Source of the DNA: Eledone cirrhosa
Lineage: Eukaryota
Reading direction: 5' to 3'
Assembly: GCA_964016885.1 (NCBI GenBank)
Contig: CAXHJY010001203.1
Span: 32,853-96,852 of the forward strand
Length of the DNA: 64,000 nt
Made by a program: the position numbers and the translations under genes. Positions 38,767 through 57,565 of the stretch are shown piece by piece; within the stretch, counting starts at the first letter, position 1; each line of letters starts with the position of its first letter. Below the pieces are notes generated by a model that was not told the origin of the DNA, made no database searches, and saw nothing but the letters and a program-made list of their open reading frames with translations.

Positions 38767-41700
38767 TAACTTTGAATAACTTTGAAATGTTTTGGCCAGT
38801 ATCGGCCCAGGCCATGTCTAACTTAATAGCACCACCTGGCGTAGTCTTTCAATTCTGGATTTGGGCACCATAGCCCATTCGAGAAGAGAATTACTGTTTG
38901 CAGAGACATATCCGGGTGTGGGTGGTTTGTCCGGGATTACTTGGAGGAATTTGTCCAAAGACTTCTTGAATTTTGTGTGGTCAGTTTCTGTTTTCACGTG
39001 TCCTGGTGCGATGTTGAAGAGAGCAGGGCCAATTGAGGTGAAATAATTGTGCCGTATTGTTGTTATGAGTTGCGATTTAGATTTTTGTTTGGGACGGATA
39101 GCACGGGGCCCAAGCCTTGGGTGTATTTTGAAGGTGATTCCAACATCATTTGGGCAGTGCTGATGAAACATTTTACACATCATGCAGATAATATAACGGT
39201 CACGGCGACGTTGGAGTGAGTAAAGTTTCAGCTTTTCTAGTGGACCGCAGTAGTCAAGGTCTGACATGCCATCTATCTTTTTCGTGATTGCCCTTTGGGG
39301 AGCTTCAAGTTTCATGATACTTTGTTTCGTGTGGGGAGACCACAGTGGACAACAGTATTCAAGGTGTGGTCGGGCAAAAGTGGAGAAGAGAAGGATAATG
39401 GTGTGGGAATCTCTCGACTGGAAGGTTCTGAGGATCCAGGAACACATTCTGCGGGCCATGTCAATTTTGCTGCTTATATGCGTGGCCCAGCTTATGTTGC
39501 TGTCCACGGTTACTCCCAAGTCTCTGATGTTGTTAGATGCCACGAGAGTTTCACCGGAGGGAAGGGAGTACGGGAGTTTCAGAGCATCCTCTTTTCCAAA
39601 GTGGATCAGTTCGAATTTGTCTTCGTTCAGTAACATGTTGTTCTTTTCCGCCCATTGGGTAACAGCCAGTAGGTCTGACTGAAGGCTTATCCGGTCATCC
39701 ACGCCATTGATGACTTTTTGGAGCTTGGAATCATCAGCGAAAATTCTAATGTTGCTGCGTTTGATGATGTCAGTGATGTCATTAATATAGATGATGAAGA
39801 GAAGTGGGCCCAACACAGTGCCTTGTGGGACCCCACTACTGACTTTGGCTGGGCTGGATTTGACTCCTTCGACTACAACATGTTGGGTTCTGTTTGACAG
39901 GAAGCTCTTGATCCACTGCAGCAGCTTTCAAGTGACACCAATATTGGACAGCTTTCTCAGTAGAATGTTGTGATCAACCCTGTCAAAGTCCTTGCTGAAA
40001 TCAAGGTAGATAACATCAGTGTTGGAACCCTCTCCCAAGGCTCTCAAAATGTCATCAAAGTGATGCAGTAGCTGCTTCAGGCAATCCCTTCCATTACGGA
40101 ATCCATGCTGGTTGGAGTTCAGCATATTGTTACTCTCAAGGAAGTGAGTCATTCGCGATCTCATCACTCTCTCAAATACCTTAATGATATGAGAGGTGAG
40201 TGAGATTGGACGGTAATTCACGGCAAGAGATTTGTTTCCTTTTTTGAAAACTGGGACAATAGACTGGGATAGAAGGTTTTCTGGCACATATCCAGCATCC
40301 AGTGAGTTCCGCCACAGATTGGCAAGAGGAGATGCAAGTTGGTATTGACACGCCTCCAAGACACAAGCAGGGAACCTATCGGGACCTACTGCTGAATTAT
40401 GCTTGATTTCCTTTATTGCCGCTAAGACATCAGGGGCGCCAAACTTTATGTCCGATAAGGTGTAATGGGGAGTAACATCGCCGATACAGCCCACATATGC
40501 CATATGAGGATTGCTGAAAACAGAGCACTATTGTTTCTGCAGTATCTCACCCATGGTTTTAGCATTGTCTTGAAGAGTGCCATTTTCATCAATTAGAGGG
40601 CCAACAGTAGAGCCAGTGATCTTGTGTTTTTTTTTGCAAATGAAAAGAACACTTTGGAATTGAGTTTGATCTTCTCAATTGCCCAGGCCTCTTCAGCTCT
40701 TCTCTGATTGTTGATGATAGACATCATATTGTTTTGGAGGTTATGTTTTTTAATCTCTAGTGATGAAATGGCAGTCAAGTTGATGTGTTGCTGCTGACAG
40801 TATTTCAGCTTGTTGATTTTTTGTTAGTTCTCTTAATTTTCCTGATGAGTGTTTTTCTATTTCTAGGGATTCTGCTCTTAGATTTGTTTATAGTTCTTAA
40901 TGGGGTGTGTTTTGCACATATGTTTGTAACAGTGTCCACAAATGTCTGCCAGGACTTTTTGATGTTAGTGGGTGTGTGAGTGTGCGTGAAGGACCAGTCG
41001 ACATGTGCAAGATCATGACTGATCGCTTCCCAGTTTGCATTGTGGAAATCCATAGCGTCAAACGGATGGACAGGAGAGATGACATTGGGTTTGTATATTG
41101 GACGGTGGAATCTAAGATCACAGAGAACCATGTCATGATCAGAGAGTAGAGTTTTCTCCACTGCAATATTGTGGATAGTGTCAGTGTGATTGCTGAAAAT
41201 TAAGTCTAGGACATTTTTGTGGCACCTCGTTGGTTCGAGCACCAGTTGGGAAAGGAAGAAATCATCCATGAAGTCAAGAAGCGTTGCCACTGCTTCTCTG
41301 TCAGAGGTTGAGGCAGAAGAACCTGGTGGCAGGCTGTTTGTGGACCAGTCAACTCCGGGGAGGTTGAAGTCCCCCATCATTAAAATGTTGTCAGGGTGAC
41401 ACTCTTGGATGAAACACTTTATACTGTTGAGGCATTCCATGAAGCATGGTAGAGGCGTTTGGGATGGCCTATAGAGCCCAACTACTATTAGGTTGTTGGT
41501 TTGACTGAATACAGTGACTGGTTTGAAGTATCCATTAGAAAATATGTTCATAGCCTCTGTTGAGAAAGAATTATGGACATAAATGGCAGTCCCACCCTTT
41601 CTTCTGCCAGCGCAATCAGCACGGATGGCTTTGAAATTTTTCACTTTCACCTCAGCTTCCAAGTGGAGGTTACTGAGATGGGTTTCAGTGAGGACGAATA

Positions 41701-41901
41701 AATGGATGTGGTTTGAATGGACATCAACCCAGTCCTCCAGGAATTTGATCTTCCATTTTTGAGTATTGGTGGAAGGGCTGATGCCTTGGGCGTTAAGCAA
41801 AAATGTTGAGGCGACAGTGGATGGTTTTAATTGTTTTGGTGTGTTGTTAATTTGTTTGTTTGTTAATGGCAGCAATGGGAGTTTGTGCAGTCGGGTGATA
41901 G
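38767..41901 (-). mobile_element. CR1/L2-group LINE, near-complete but frameshifted ORF2 (APE endonuclease + RT), inserted in (TA)n
   Basis: EN motifs LNAQG, LTETHL, LYRP, MGDFN, LDLIF, SDH. RT motifs NYRPISLTS, QHGFR, YLDFSK.FD, LGPLLFIIYIND, FADD, HLEYC, LYSLQRRRDRY. Split over ORFs 40805-41875, 40593-40778, 39928-40503 and 38818-39816. 3' hairpin and (TTCAAAGTTA)2 tail. Confidence 0.93.
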
Positions 41902-42480
<579 letters not shown>

Positions 42481-42482
<2 letters not shown>

Positions 42483-43244
42483 ACATGTAAATATAAATTA
42501 ATATATATGATGAAACACAAATACCAACATATATGTGTTTATATTGTAAAAGAAATTAAGTTAGCTAGAATGAAATATACTAATTATAATATTACAGCTT
42601 GCCTATATCGATTTAAAATAATAAATCAACAAAAACAAACAGTATTGGCAAATGGCCATGGTGTTTAGACAAATTTAAATTTCAAAATCAAACCTGTTCC
42701 GTAGATAAGTTTAAACTTTAAAATCCAAATGTTTCGAAATAAATAAGTTTAAGGATATCTTGTCCAGCTCTCTTCAGTAAACACCCAGAACAAATTGATA
42801 TGCTTCACTTCCAAATATTTTAAAAGACTGTTTAACGCACATGATTTTACAGTTTCTAGCCAGCCTCATACTCGTACTGCTAGAAATAACAGCCGTATAT
42901 ATGGGGCTACTATCAGCTCAACCTAAGGAGCAATTATATTAAGTGTATTGAGTTCAGAACTCAAGCATTCCTTTACAATGAAATAGCTCAAATAAAAGAA
43001 TATTTCTGAGCCGTGTAATACATGTAAATATAAATTAATATATATGATGAAACACAAATACCAACATATCTGTGTTTATATTGTAAAAGAAATTAAGTTA
43101 GCTAGAATGAAATATACTAATTATAATATTACAGCTTGCCTATATCGATTTAAAATAATAAATCAACAAAAACAAACAGTATTGGCAAATGGCCATGTAT
43201 TACACGGCTCAGAAATATTCTTTTATTTGAGCTATTTCATTGTA
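42481..43244. repeat. 180-bp direct duplication bracketed by a 51-bp perfect inverted repeat
   Basis: 42481-42660 = 43018-43197 (1 mismatch); 42974-43024 = reverse complement of 43194-43244. Both junctions fall at CATG. Confidence 0.9.
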
Positions 43245-43598
43245 TTTACGTGATTTATGTGTCGGCTAGTTTAACTGTATCCCTTCCCTCCTTAACCTCT
43301 CACATATACGATGATCATCTGTCCAAAAGCTGCCTACTATATTTTTTCACTTCCTCAATATATTTCTCTCTCCCATATCTCCTTGTCTCTCTATCTCGCT
43401 CTGTTGTTTTTCTTTACATACATCTCTTCATCTTCTTCTTTTTTTATTTACATACATCTCTTCATCTTCTTCTTCTCATCTTCGTTTTTCTTTCTATATA
43501 ACTGTCATAACAGTTTCACTACCAAATCAACTTTTTAAATGGAAGTTGCATTATTATAAGGTATGTCAATAATTATTTATAAAACAGCTTGTGTATTG

Positions 43599-43664
43599 TA
43601 TTTTGTCTGAGGAAGGCATACCATATTTTTAATAGGATATCCCAGAAATATATATAACGAAATA
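43599..43664 (+). ncRNA. Type I hammerhead motif at the end of a PLE-3'UTR-like segment
   Basis: TATTTTGT-CTGAGGA-a-ggcataccat..ataggatatccc-a-GAAA-tatata-TA-ACGAAATA. 8-bp stem I (one G-U), palindromic ATATATAT stem III, imperfect stem II. Preceded by pyrimidine-rich 43250-43500 and followed by (TA)n. Confidence 0.7.
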
Positions 43665-43705
43665 AATATGGCTTTATAAAAATAGTTTCCATTTGTTTAA
43701 TATCG

Positions 43706-45950
<2,245 letters not shown>

Positions 45951-45951
45951 T

Positions 45952-46190
45952 TTATTATTATTATGTAATAAACAACATAAGGCAATTATTCCATAAAGGT
46001 TTTGCTTTCAATCCTCAGAATGAAAAATCCTGGTTTGTTTAAGGATTTAAAGCAAAACCTTTTGCTTTTAAGAAACCACTGGTAAATGGAATAATTGCCT
46101 TATGTTGTTTATTACATAATAATAATAATTAAGCTCTGTTGCCTACATAGAGCACTCTTTTTTCCTGGACTTTTCCGATGAAATTACTTC
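45952..46190 (+). mobile_element. Short PLE-terminus-like insertion with nested inverted repeats and a hammerhead 3' half
   Basis: 43-bp perfect IR 45952-45994/46086-46128; inner IR 45995-46008/46049-46062; GAAA-ccactgg-TA at 46072-46084. Confidence 0.6.
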
Positions 46191-46412
46191 ATGTATATAT
46201 ATATATATATATGTGTATATATATATGTGAATATATATATATATGTGTATATATATACAGACTTATATATATATATATATATAGATATATATATATGTAC
46301 TAGCCGAATTATCTGCGCCTTGCTGCGTTTCACCCATTTTTCAGAATATAGATGGTTATGGGGGTCTATCTCCAAAACTATAGGAGGAGTTCGTGAACAA
46401 ACAATCAAACAA

Positions 46413-46473
<61 letters not shown>

Positions 46474-46515
46474 ACACGCAAGTACACATACATACAGACA
46501 CAGACACACACACAT

Positions 46516-46588
<73 letters not shown>

Positions 46589-47849
46589 TACAGACTTAAG
46601 TGACTAAATTCTTTTATTTTAATCTTTTGCTTTTAACATACGTGCTTTCTGTGGATATATCGAAATTGATTTCTGTGAACTAAGAAGAAATCGATTTAGA
46701 AATCAATTAAGATGAAGGTGAAGTCAATTGAATCTGCTGAAGTATAGAGATGAAAAAGTCGACACTGGCAAATTTGATGTCAGAGAATAGGACAACTAAA
46801 TATTGTAAGGTAAGGTAATTAGTTTGGCGCACTCAGTGCTTTAGCCAGCTTCGCTGTCTTTCGGTTTAGATTATCTAATTAGAAAACTTGAGTGATAGAT
46901 TCAATTAGAAGATTCTGAATGGAAAACAAATTGAGAGACTGAAAGTTTGCTGCTACTGTTGCTGTTGTTTAGTCCAAGGTTAGCTCTGAATGTACAAACC
47001 TGATCAAATGCGTTCAATCCGTAACCATCTCGGTTTATTTTCAAATCTTTCTATCTATCCCTACATCAATCAATATGTATTTACATTTCTTAAAGAGTAT
47101 TGTTTTGAGAAAAATTTGGCTGCTATTTCTACCAGATCGTGCCATCACATAGACTCCTTCGTTGCCTCCTGTCAGGTCAGATATGTTGGAAATCTGAGTT
47201 ATATAGTGACAAGCAAACAATATAAGCGAACATAAAGAAATGATTTACTTAATAAGAAGCACGTATTAACATAACTAAAAGTGAACAAGTATGTTTAAAC
47301 AAACATGCGTATATACACTATTAACAAGCACAATAGGAAGAATATAGCTTGACCGTATCTCAATCCGGCTAGAACACACAAAAAAGAAATTTAAATGATG
47401 TCTAACACTGGTTTCTAATTTAGGCACATGACCAGAATTTTGAGTGAGGAGAAAGTTGGTTAAATTGGCCACGATTCATGACTGGTAGTTATTTTATTCA
47501 CTCCCGAAAGGATTTAAAATCAGAACGTAAATAACAAGAAGAAATAGCACAATGGCAGCTTATTCGACGATCTACCAATTCACCAACTGGATGATGTCTA
47601 ATTACAATTGTATCTAACCTACAATCAATGATCGGGCTATGCCTCTTAAGCATGTGAATTCACACAGAAAGATTAATTCTTAATTTTTTGAAATTATCTT
47701 TCATTTCATTTGAAAGCCGCCAGGTATTTTTTGTTCTTTCCATCTAAGAGGCAAGTTTCAATAAATAATTCTTTGTATGCATTATTCAACACATAACTCT
47801 TTAAATATTTTACAAAAATAAGAGGTAACTTATCAAGAAGCGAATGTCT

Positions 47850-48330
47850 ACATCTAACGCTGCAGTAACTTCATCGAGGAAGGACCTGTATTCGGACACC
47901 TTTTTAGGTGCATAAACTTGCACCACCCACAGAGACCTATCTTTCAGCCCAAGCTTCAAAAGGCAAATCCTCCCTCCTAAGGGGATCCTGTCTATAACAC
48001 ATTCTGACAGCCGAGGGATTGTGAGTGTCCCCACTCTCACCTGTCCTGTCATTTCTGGCGTCACACTTGAACAGTGGAATTTAACATCCTCCATCCAAAT
48101 CTATAGTATCAGAGTCACGGAACTATGTTGAGGAGTCGGTAGCATTTTAGCCTCCTCCACTAGTTCCTGCTTTTTATACCTGTAAGGGCTGTAATGTTCC
48201 AAGTTCCAACTGTTATGGTTTGCCCCTTTCCGAAACCTCTTTAGGTGCGCAATCTTTGTGCATTCATCCCACGAGGTATTGTCGATTACTTCCTCCTGCT
48301 TTTGCTGAGGCTAACTGTGATGTTGGCCCC
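47850..48330 (-). mobile_element. RTE-like LINE endonuclease fragment
   Basis: GRICLLKLGLKDRSLWVVQVYAP..SEYRSFLDEV, with an upstream VGTWNI-like motif. Confidence 0.65.
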
Positions 48331-50852
48331 AACGTTAAAAATTAATAGCGAAAGGCCTTCAAATGTTTTTTCATAAGCATCTCGTATAGTATTCAATATA
48401 CAATACGTACATTTATATGCATACTGCTATGTAGGAACACCAATAAAAAAAATTATATATATAATATGTGTGTATGTATATAATTAACGTCTTTTTCTCT
48501 CACCTAACTTCCGATGAAGACTAGCGTCCAAAACGTTGACACTTTTCTTCCAATATACGGAATTGTAAATTTCTTGCTATTTTTTCCGATTTTCAAAGAC
48601 ACTGTAGATGAAGCTACAAAACAAACAACAACAAATAATTGTTTCTACATTTGGCACAAAGCCAACAATTTGAATGGATGAGGGGGAGTGGATTAAATCA
48701 ACACCAGCACGCTACTGGGGCTTTAGCTTATCCTACCTATACTGATGAAAGGCCAAGCTAGCCTTAGCTGAATTTGAACTCAGAACACATAGGGTCGTAA
48801 CAAATAATGATTTCTGATTTCGGCACAAGTCCAACAATTTTGAGGGAGAGGAAAGTCGATTAAATCGACCCCTGTGTGTTACTGGTGCTTTATTTTATCG
48901 ACTCCGTAAGGGTCAACGGCAAAGTTAACCTCGGCTCGATTTGAACTCAGAACATAAAGGGCCGTAACTCTATGCAGAAAAGTATGTTGTCCGACGCTCT
49001 ACCGATACTCCTAATGCGCCATAACAAGTGTTAATGTTTCTGAACGAAGCACGTCATGAAATTTGGAGTAAGAAAAACAGTCGATTTTATCAACTTCAGT
49101 ACTTAACTGGTATTTTTTATCCATACGGTGAAGATGAAAATTAAATGCAGAATATAAAATGCGGGAACAAATTCCGACGCTCGAACAAAGTTTTTAAAAA
49201 ATTATTTATTTACGAAGTAACTCAATGACTAATGTCAAAATATTTATTATTCTTTTCCTTCCCGCTAAAATATCCATTAATCATTTAGATTTGTTTCTTC
49301 ACTACATTGTGTATGATGACTCTAACTTGACTGTCATTTTTTTGAACCGATGGCGTCTCTAGGAAATTACCTTCAGTCATTCGATACTGCTTGGAGAGTG
49401 ATTCTCTTAACACTAATCTGGCAAGTACAGAAAAAGCTGTTCGCCGAAAAGGTTAAAATATGACCAAAGCATGTCCGGATGTGTTGCACACATTTGCCCA
49501 ACAGATCAAAATATTAATCCTTCAGCCAATATTGTGAACTCTCTTCACATAAGTATCATTAATTAGATTTTCCCCCTCACGACATTAAGCTGGACACTCC
49601 ATCGGTTACGACGACGAATGTTCCAATTGTTTGAACAAAGGAAGTCAGCTCATGAAATTAACGCGTAAATGGGTGAGCATTCCATAGATGTATGTACCCT
49701 TTAACATAGTTCTCAGGGAATTCAGCGTAAAACAATGTTTGACAAAGCTGATCTTTTGAATTACAGGTACACCTGGTTCTTGTCAGTGGATTTGATCTAC
49801 GAGAAATAAAGGGTCTTGCTCAATGACAAATTACGCCGCCCAGTCGTTGAACCGAACACAAGAAATTACGATCATGAGCCGAACATGCTTAACCATACCA
49901 GAAGTTCTCAATAGTATACCATTAAAGTAGCCCATTCAAATAGGTTTTTATGGAGGAGGTTCAATGAGAAAGATGAGTTTGGTGAAGTGAAAGTAGCCTC
50001 TCAATGTCAGGCAGAATTGTACTAAGAATAAGTCTGAGATCTCTTCGTTCCGTAATTCGGATGAACCCGGCCCTAGGTAAAATGTTAAGAAGAACGCGAG
50101 ACAAGTTTTCACACGGGCGCGTTTACATACATGGGTGGAATGACACTTACAGGCTCTCCGTTCCTCCTAGCGCCTCCCTTTTCTCTACCACCCCCACTGC
50201 TCCCTTAGGCTTCAGACCCCCCCCCTCCCTCCTGGACCATCTCAGTGCTCCCCGGAGAATAGTAGCACCCACTTTAAGAACCTCTGCACTAAATCATGCA
50301 CCTTCATATAAAGAAACCTAATGGTTAAAATCAAACTCAATTTTAGGCTGAATACAGACTTATTACTACGTAATAATTACACAACAAACCTTACGTCGAC
50401 TCTAGATAATGTTGAAAGACAGTAATCCAAGGTTTCACGCTGTGGGATAAAAACTGAAACCTTAGTATTGCGAAGCGAATTATTCAACCGTTTGACATAC
50501 CCATATGTAACTAGAAATTAATGGAATAAATGACATAGGTGATAGTTGCTATTTACTCTATTTTTTAGTTCAAACTGGGGCAGTTTTATCTTTGACATAT
50601 TTCGTGGGTCACTAGTAAGTTACCATATTAAGTTGCTGTCAATTCAAAGAAATATAGTACTCCTACATTTTGGGTCTAGTCAAAATAAACGGTACGCCTC
50701 CAAACATCCAATTTTGACAAATAGTGTGTTTGCTTGTATCTGAAAGTGTTTATGCAAAGAGAAAGGGAGAGAGTGTGTGTGAGTACGCACGTTATACATC
50801 CAAAGAATATTGGTGTTCGCATGTCAGATGTCATTTCAACATTATATCACTG

Positions 50853-50881
50853 CTAGCAGCCCTACCCGGTTTTGCCCGGGT
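50853..50881 (-). mobile_element. Helitron-like 3' end
   Basis: Minus strand: CCCGG-gcaaaa-CCGGG hairpin, 8 nt spacer, CTAG. The next base is not the expected T. Confidence 0.45.
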
Positions 50882-52339
50882 TTGTTAATTAAAAAATAAT
50901 TATCTGAGGAATTCCTGAGATTTTATTATTATTTTTTTTTAGAAATCATTTTAAATAGATTCTGACACTTCAGTTTGTGGATGTGAATTCATTAAGAATT
51001 GTTACATTCAAGCCACCTTGAAGCTTAACTTGTATTATCTTCTAGAAGGGATGGTTCAAGTTAAGCTTCATACGAATCCGCAAAAGAAAAAAACATTGAA
51101 TCTAAAATATAATTTTACTCTTACAGTTTCTTTTATATTTTCCCAGGCGGAAAACACTTTGTTTTTCAGAATACTTGAATTTACATAATTACTTTAAATG
51201 AATTAGTTTTCTATAAAATAAAATTTTGCAATGTCTATTGCAGTGCTTCTGCTGTTATAGAAGCCAAAACGAATAGATTTCAGAAAATATTACACATGTT
51301 TGTGTGTATGTGTTTACGTATGTATGTGTATATATGTGTGTGTCCTTGAAAAGATGTGTCCCTGTGATTCGTGTTCACAATCCTGTTTCTAGTCTTGGTT
51401 GTGACCACTGTTTTTGCTTTTGTTAACATCCATAGCATTAGAAAGCTTAGGATTGATGTTTATACAAGAAAGAATCATCACCACCGTCGTTATCGTCATC
51501 AACATCACTATCATCACAATAAATACTGTCACCATAGTCATAGTCATCTTTAACATCGGTTATTTCTATATAAGTCTGTAAGGACTTTCAACTACTGCTG
51601 CCCTTATCAGTCCCTAACAACAGTGAAATACAAGAATAAGCTAATATTTGGAGAAGCAGTATCCCACCTGTTTTTACAAGCTACGAATGACTAGGTTTAA
51701 TTTTCTACCCAGCAAGAATAAACAAAGTGCCTTGGTTTTCGTCAGCCTCCTGTGTCTCATTTTTCAACTTTGTCAGTGCGTCAATCTTTCTCTGGCATTT
51801 CTCTTTCTTTCACCCTACCCCGTCTTCCTTTCTCTTTTTCTCTTTCTCCCACTCTCTTTTTTTTCTCTCACGCTCCTCTCTCTCTCTTTCTCTGCTTGAG
51901 ATTTTCATTCTTGTTGTTCTTTTTCTCCCTTTCCCGCTACCGTCGCTATCTGCACATCCCTAACTGGGTTTCGCTGTCTCATATTACTATTTTTCCTCGA
52001 GTTCAGTTCATACATATTTGCGTGTCTTTGCTCCAAAACTTCTCTTCACCCCCCCCCCCCCCCTTGCCTTACTTGGCCGCACTTTCCTACTTGTGTTAAT
52101 CCCTCCTCATAACTTCCCTTCTTATTGTTGTATGCCAACATTATTTTCTTTCTAACTGAACTCACCCTTCAACATTCGTTAGCGATACTTTATCTCGACA
52201 CAACAACGAGCTGCTGTTGTCCAATGGAAGTCACTACTCCACCACCACCACCACCACCACCACCACTCATCACTCTAACTATCACAATCATCACCACTTA
52301 AATATTTATCCGTCATTACAATCACCTCTACCATCAACA

Positions 52340-52745
52340 CACAAACACATTGTCACACACACAGACACGGACAGACATACACACATACGGACACACACAC
52401 TGTTATACTGTCACACACACACACAAACACACTGTCACACACACAGACACGGACAGACATACACACATACGGACACACACACTGTTATACTGTCACACAC
52501 ACACACAAACACACTGTCACACACACAGACACGGACAGACATACACACATACGGACACACACACTGTTATACTGTCACACACACACACAAACACACTGTC
52601 ACACACACAGACACGGACAGACATACACACATACGGACACACACACTGTTATACTGTCACACACACAGACACAAACACACTGTCACACACACAGACACGG
52701 ACAGACACATATACACACGGACACACACACACACTGTCACACACA
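52340..52745. repeat. 82-bp CA-rich minisatellite, about 5 copies
   Basis: CAGACACGGACAGAC recurs at 52362, 52444, 52526, 52608 and 52692. Confidence 0.92.
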
Positions 52746-53458
52746 CGGTCACATACATTCACCACTTCCACAATTACCATAATGACAATTACAACAACAA
52801 CATTTCCCACCATAATAGACATCGTCCCACCACCAAGAGAACTATCATTATCGTCTTCAACACCACCTCCGTCATCACTAATAACAACATGGACACTACC
52901 AACTCCAGAGTGACTGTCACAGCAAACCACATTCACAGTTATCATCACCACAATCAATATCATAGCACCTTACTATCACCACCTTCATTATCGCTACTGC
53001 TACCACCAACGCCACACCAGCGTCACTATTCAATTATCACCTCTACCGCCACTACTTCCTCATTTCACAAACTAATCTTTTACTGTGTTTCCATATTTCC
53101 CTTTAGCCTTTTACTTAACCGCTGGCAACACACACACACACACGCGCGCATACGCGCACACTCATGCAGTCAAGCACACACGCATACACGCACACATGCA
53201 CACACGGATTAAGGCGTTCGATTAACATTCATGAGGCTCCGGGTTGGCGATCACTAAGTGACACTTTGAGCAAGTGTCAACATAAGCCATTAGAGTGAAA
53301 TTGGACCCTTAATTCAAAGCCGCAACCTTTGTTACACTGATTCCACTGGACAATTACGCTAAAGGTGGAATACTCAGCCACATCGCAAACTAATTCAGTA
53401 TGTCGTTATCGACAGGAGAGACCTTTATATACATTGTAACTGTATACACACACACACA

Positions 53459-53564
<106 letters not shown>

Positions 53565-53658
53565 CAGGGTGTCCCAAGAAATCTATACACACTTCGACAG
53601 CATTCTAATAGATATTGCCTGTACAGGTAATCAATGCATGTATACATTTTTGGGGACA

Positions 53659-53663
<5 letters not shown>
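53565..53663. mobile_element. Tc1/mariner-type mini MITE
   Basis: TA-flanked; TIRs CAGGGTGTCCCAAGAAAT / ATTTTTGGGGACACC. Confidence 0.65.
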
Positions 53664-53704
<41 letters not shown>

Positions 53705-55180
53705 TACACGAAACGCACACACATAAAAATATCCACAAATACAGAGAACCTTAACAGATTTTCGCGCACGAACAGTCATCATAACCGTTTTACATCTGTT
53801 TTCTATGCTTTCATGAGTTAGACGAGTTGTTACATCGACGGTTAGACAGGTGGGGGTGACCATATCTTGCTCTTGTGTTCCCTTGTGCTCTTGTATTTCT
53901 ACAGCTGGATGCTTTTTCTAACGTCAATTACAATACGACGTGTTCCGTGGGCGTTTTATCGTGGCACCGCCACTATGACTTGAGAATATGGGCAGAATGC
54001 AGTTTATCATGACACTAGCACTATCACAGACAGTTGGAAACTACAGTTGTCACGTATATCTTTCCTGGTGATTGAAATATTTAATTATGATATTCATATA
54101 TGCTTCATGCACTACTGATTTTAATTATTCGACCTATGCCTTGTGAATATAATTGGGTAGAAAGAAACTATTTGGAAGCCGATCGGATAAACTATTCCTG
54201 TAATTCAAATGGTCAGCCTTGTCAAATTGAATACCCCTGAGTATTGCGTTAAGGGTATGCGGGTTTGACATGATCAACTACCTGCATGTCAATTTTACGA
54301 GCAGGCTGTTCCGTTAATTGAACAACCAAAAGACTCATCGTCGATACAGACGGTGACCCATTCAATGTTCATGGATGTGGGCTTACGCACAAATACGTAC
54401 GTACGTACATGTTTATGAACATATGTAGAAAAAAGGTTTTGCATACATTTGTGGTTGTATGTAAATCCTTATATTTCTAAACACGTGCACATATAATATA
54501 TACTTGATACACACACAGTTATACACATGTTTGATTTATCACTTAACAACATACACACCCTTAGAGATACATATATACAGATACACATACAATTCTTGTA
54601 TGTAGCTGATATTCTCTTTTCTTTCTACTCCGAGTTTCATGCAATGCATGTGTATTATGGGAAACTCCGAGTAGCAATACAAAACACCAGCTGCTTACAA
54701 TGAATAATTATACTCTACAATATGTATTGAGTACTTTTTCTCCCATTTCTCAAACAAAAATGTGCGCGTGTGCGTGTATGTGTGTTGTGCGTGCGTGTGT
54801 GTATGTGCGCGCGCGCGTGAGTGTGTGTGTATGTGCGTGCGTGTGTGTATGTGTGTGTGTGTGTGTATGTGCGTGCGCGCATGTGTGTGTGTGCGTGTGT
54901 GTGCGTGCGTGTGCGTGTGCATGTGTGTGTGTGTGGGGGGGGGGGGGGGGGCTAACAGCATGACTTCGAACAATTTAATTAAAATGTCATGTCACACAAA
55001 AAGTCTCTTAATGTTTTAAAATTTCCATTTTAGAGAAAGAAAAAACAACAAAAAACAAATGGTAATTATTAATTACGTTCAAAGAAAAGAGGAGATAATT
55101 TCAAGAATTAAGAATTAATCTATGTTAATATACATTGTCTTAGGAGAAAGCTGGCCTTTCTTTACAAACAAGAAATAGCG

Positions 55181-55216
55181 ATAGACCGGTTTCGATCTAT
55201 TAGACCTCTTTAGCAC
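55181..55216 (-). ncRNA. Degenerate hammerhead motif
   Basis: Minus strand: gtg-CTAAAGA-GGTCT-aat-AGATC-GAAA-ccgg-TC-tat. One core substitution (G5>A), ACCGGT palindrome, GUC triplet. Confidence 0.6.
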
Positions 55217-55478
55217 AGTAATGTCTCAATCAGCCTGAAAATCAATGAATAGATTTATACACAATGAAAAAGTTATAAATATTTTTGGTTAGCATACTTT
55301 CTATAATTGTAAATGTAAAGCCAGGGGAAATAACTCGAATGTGTTAATGGTATAAATTTGGATAATTAAGTTGAAGTGTGAAGTACTAATTTTCCTACAC
55401 AAGAAATTCTTGATTGAAATGTACATATATGCCAGTACATTTATAGGAACTTATATGGATTAAATGTATGAAACGCCC

Positions 55479-55972
<494 letters not shown>

Positions 55973-56310
55973 TACGTGCATATATATATATATGTGTGCA
56001 TGTATGTATATATATACATACTATTATACGTCTGTATACATATATGTATACAGACGTATAGTAGTATGTATATATATACATACATGCACACATATATATA
56101 TGCACGTATACTTGCATTTAAGTAAGTGTCGTACTAAGAGTGAGAAATGAAATTTCGTTTCATCCTATTCCATTTATATATATATAAGTTTATCCGGGTT
56201 CAATCGGGGGTAACCACAGTAATTAAGGTACTCAATACATAGCAGAGTATAAATATTCAATATAGAAATGGCTTCTACAGGACTAGAATTGTTCCATTCG
56301 GGAGAAATCA

Positions 56311-57258
<948 letters not shown>

Positions 57259-57380
57259 TATATATATATTCATAGACATGTCTGTACGCGTGCGTATACA
57301 CGTGTTTTCCTGTATGCTTTCATACCTATTCACACACACAACGCATATTCACACTCTCAGTTTAATACAGAATCATACAC

Positions 57381-57565
57381 ATAATTGTTTCTACTTTTTG
57401 GCACAAGGCCAGCAATTATCCCAGTGCATCACTGGTACTTTATTTTATCGACCCCGTAAGGATGAAAGGCAAAGTTAACCTCGGCGGGATTTGAACTCAG
57501 ACCATAAAGGGACGTAACTCTTTGCTGCAAAGCATGGCGTCCGACCCTCTACCAATACTGCCAAT
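57381..57565 (-). mobile_element. SINE family A, young subfamily
   Basis: TSD ATACACATAAT; near-identical to the 27236 copy. Confidence 0.9.

Noticed and set aside
52217-53212. 331-aa His/Thr-rich ORF
   Set aside because: Product of an 82-bp CA-rich minisatellite and (CAC/CAT)n low-complexity DNA, with a non-ATG start.
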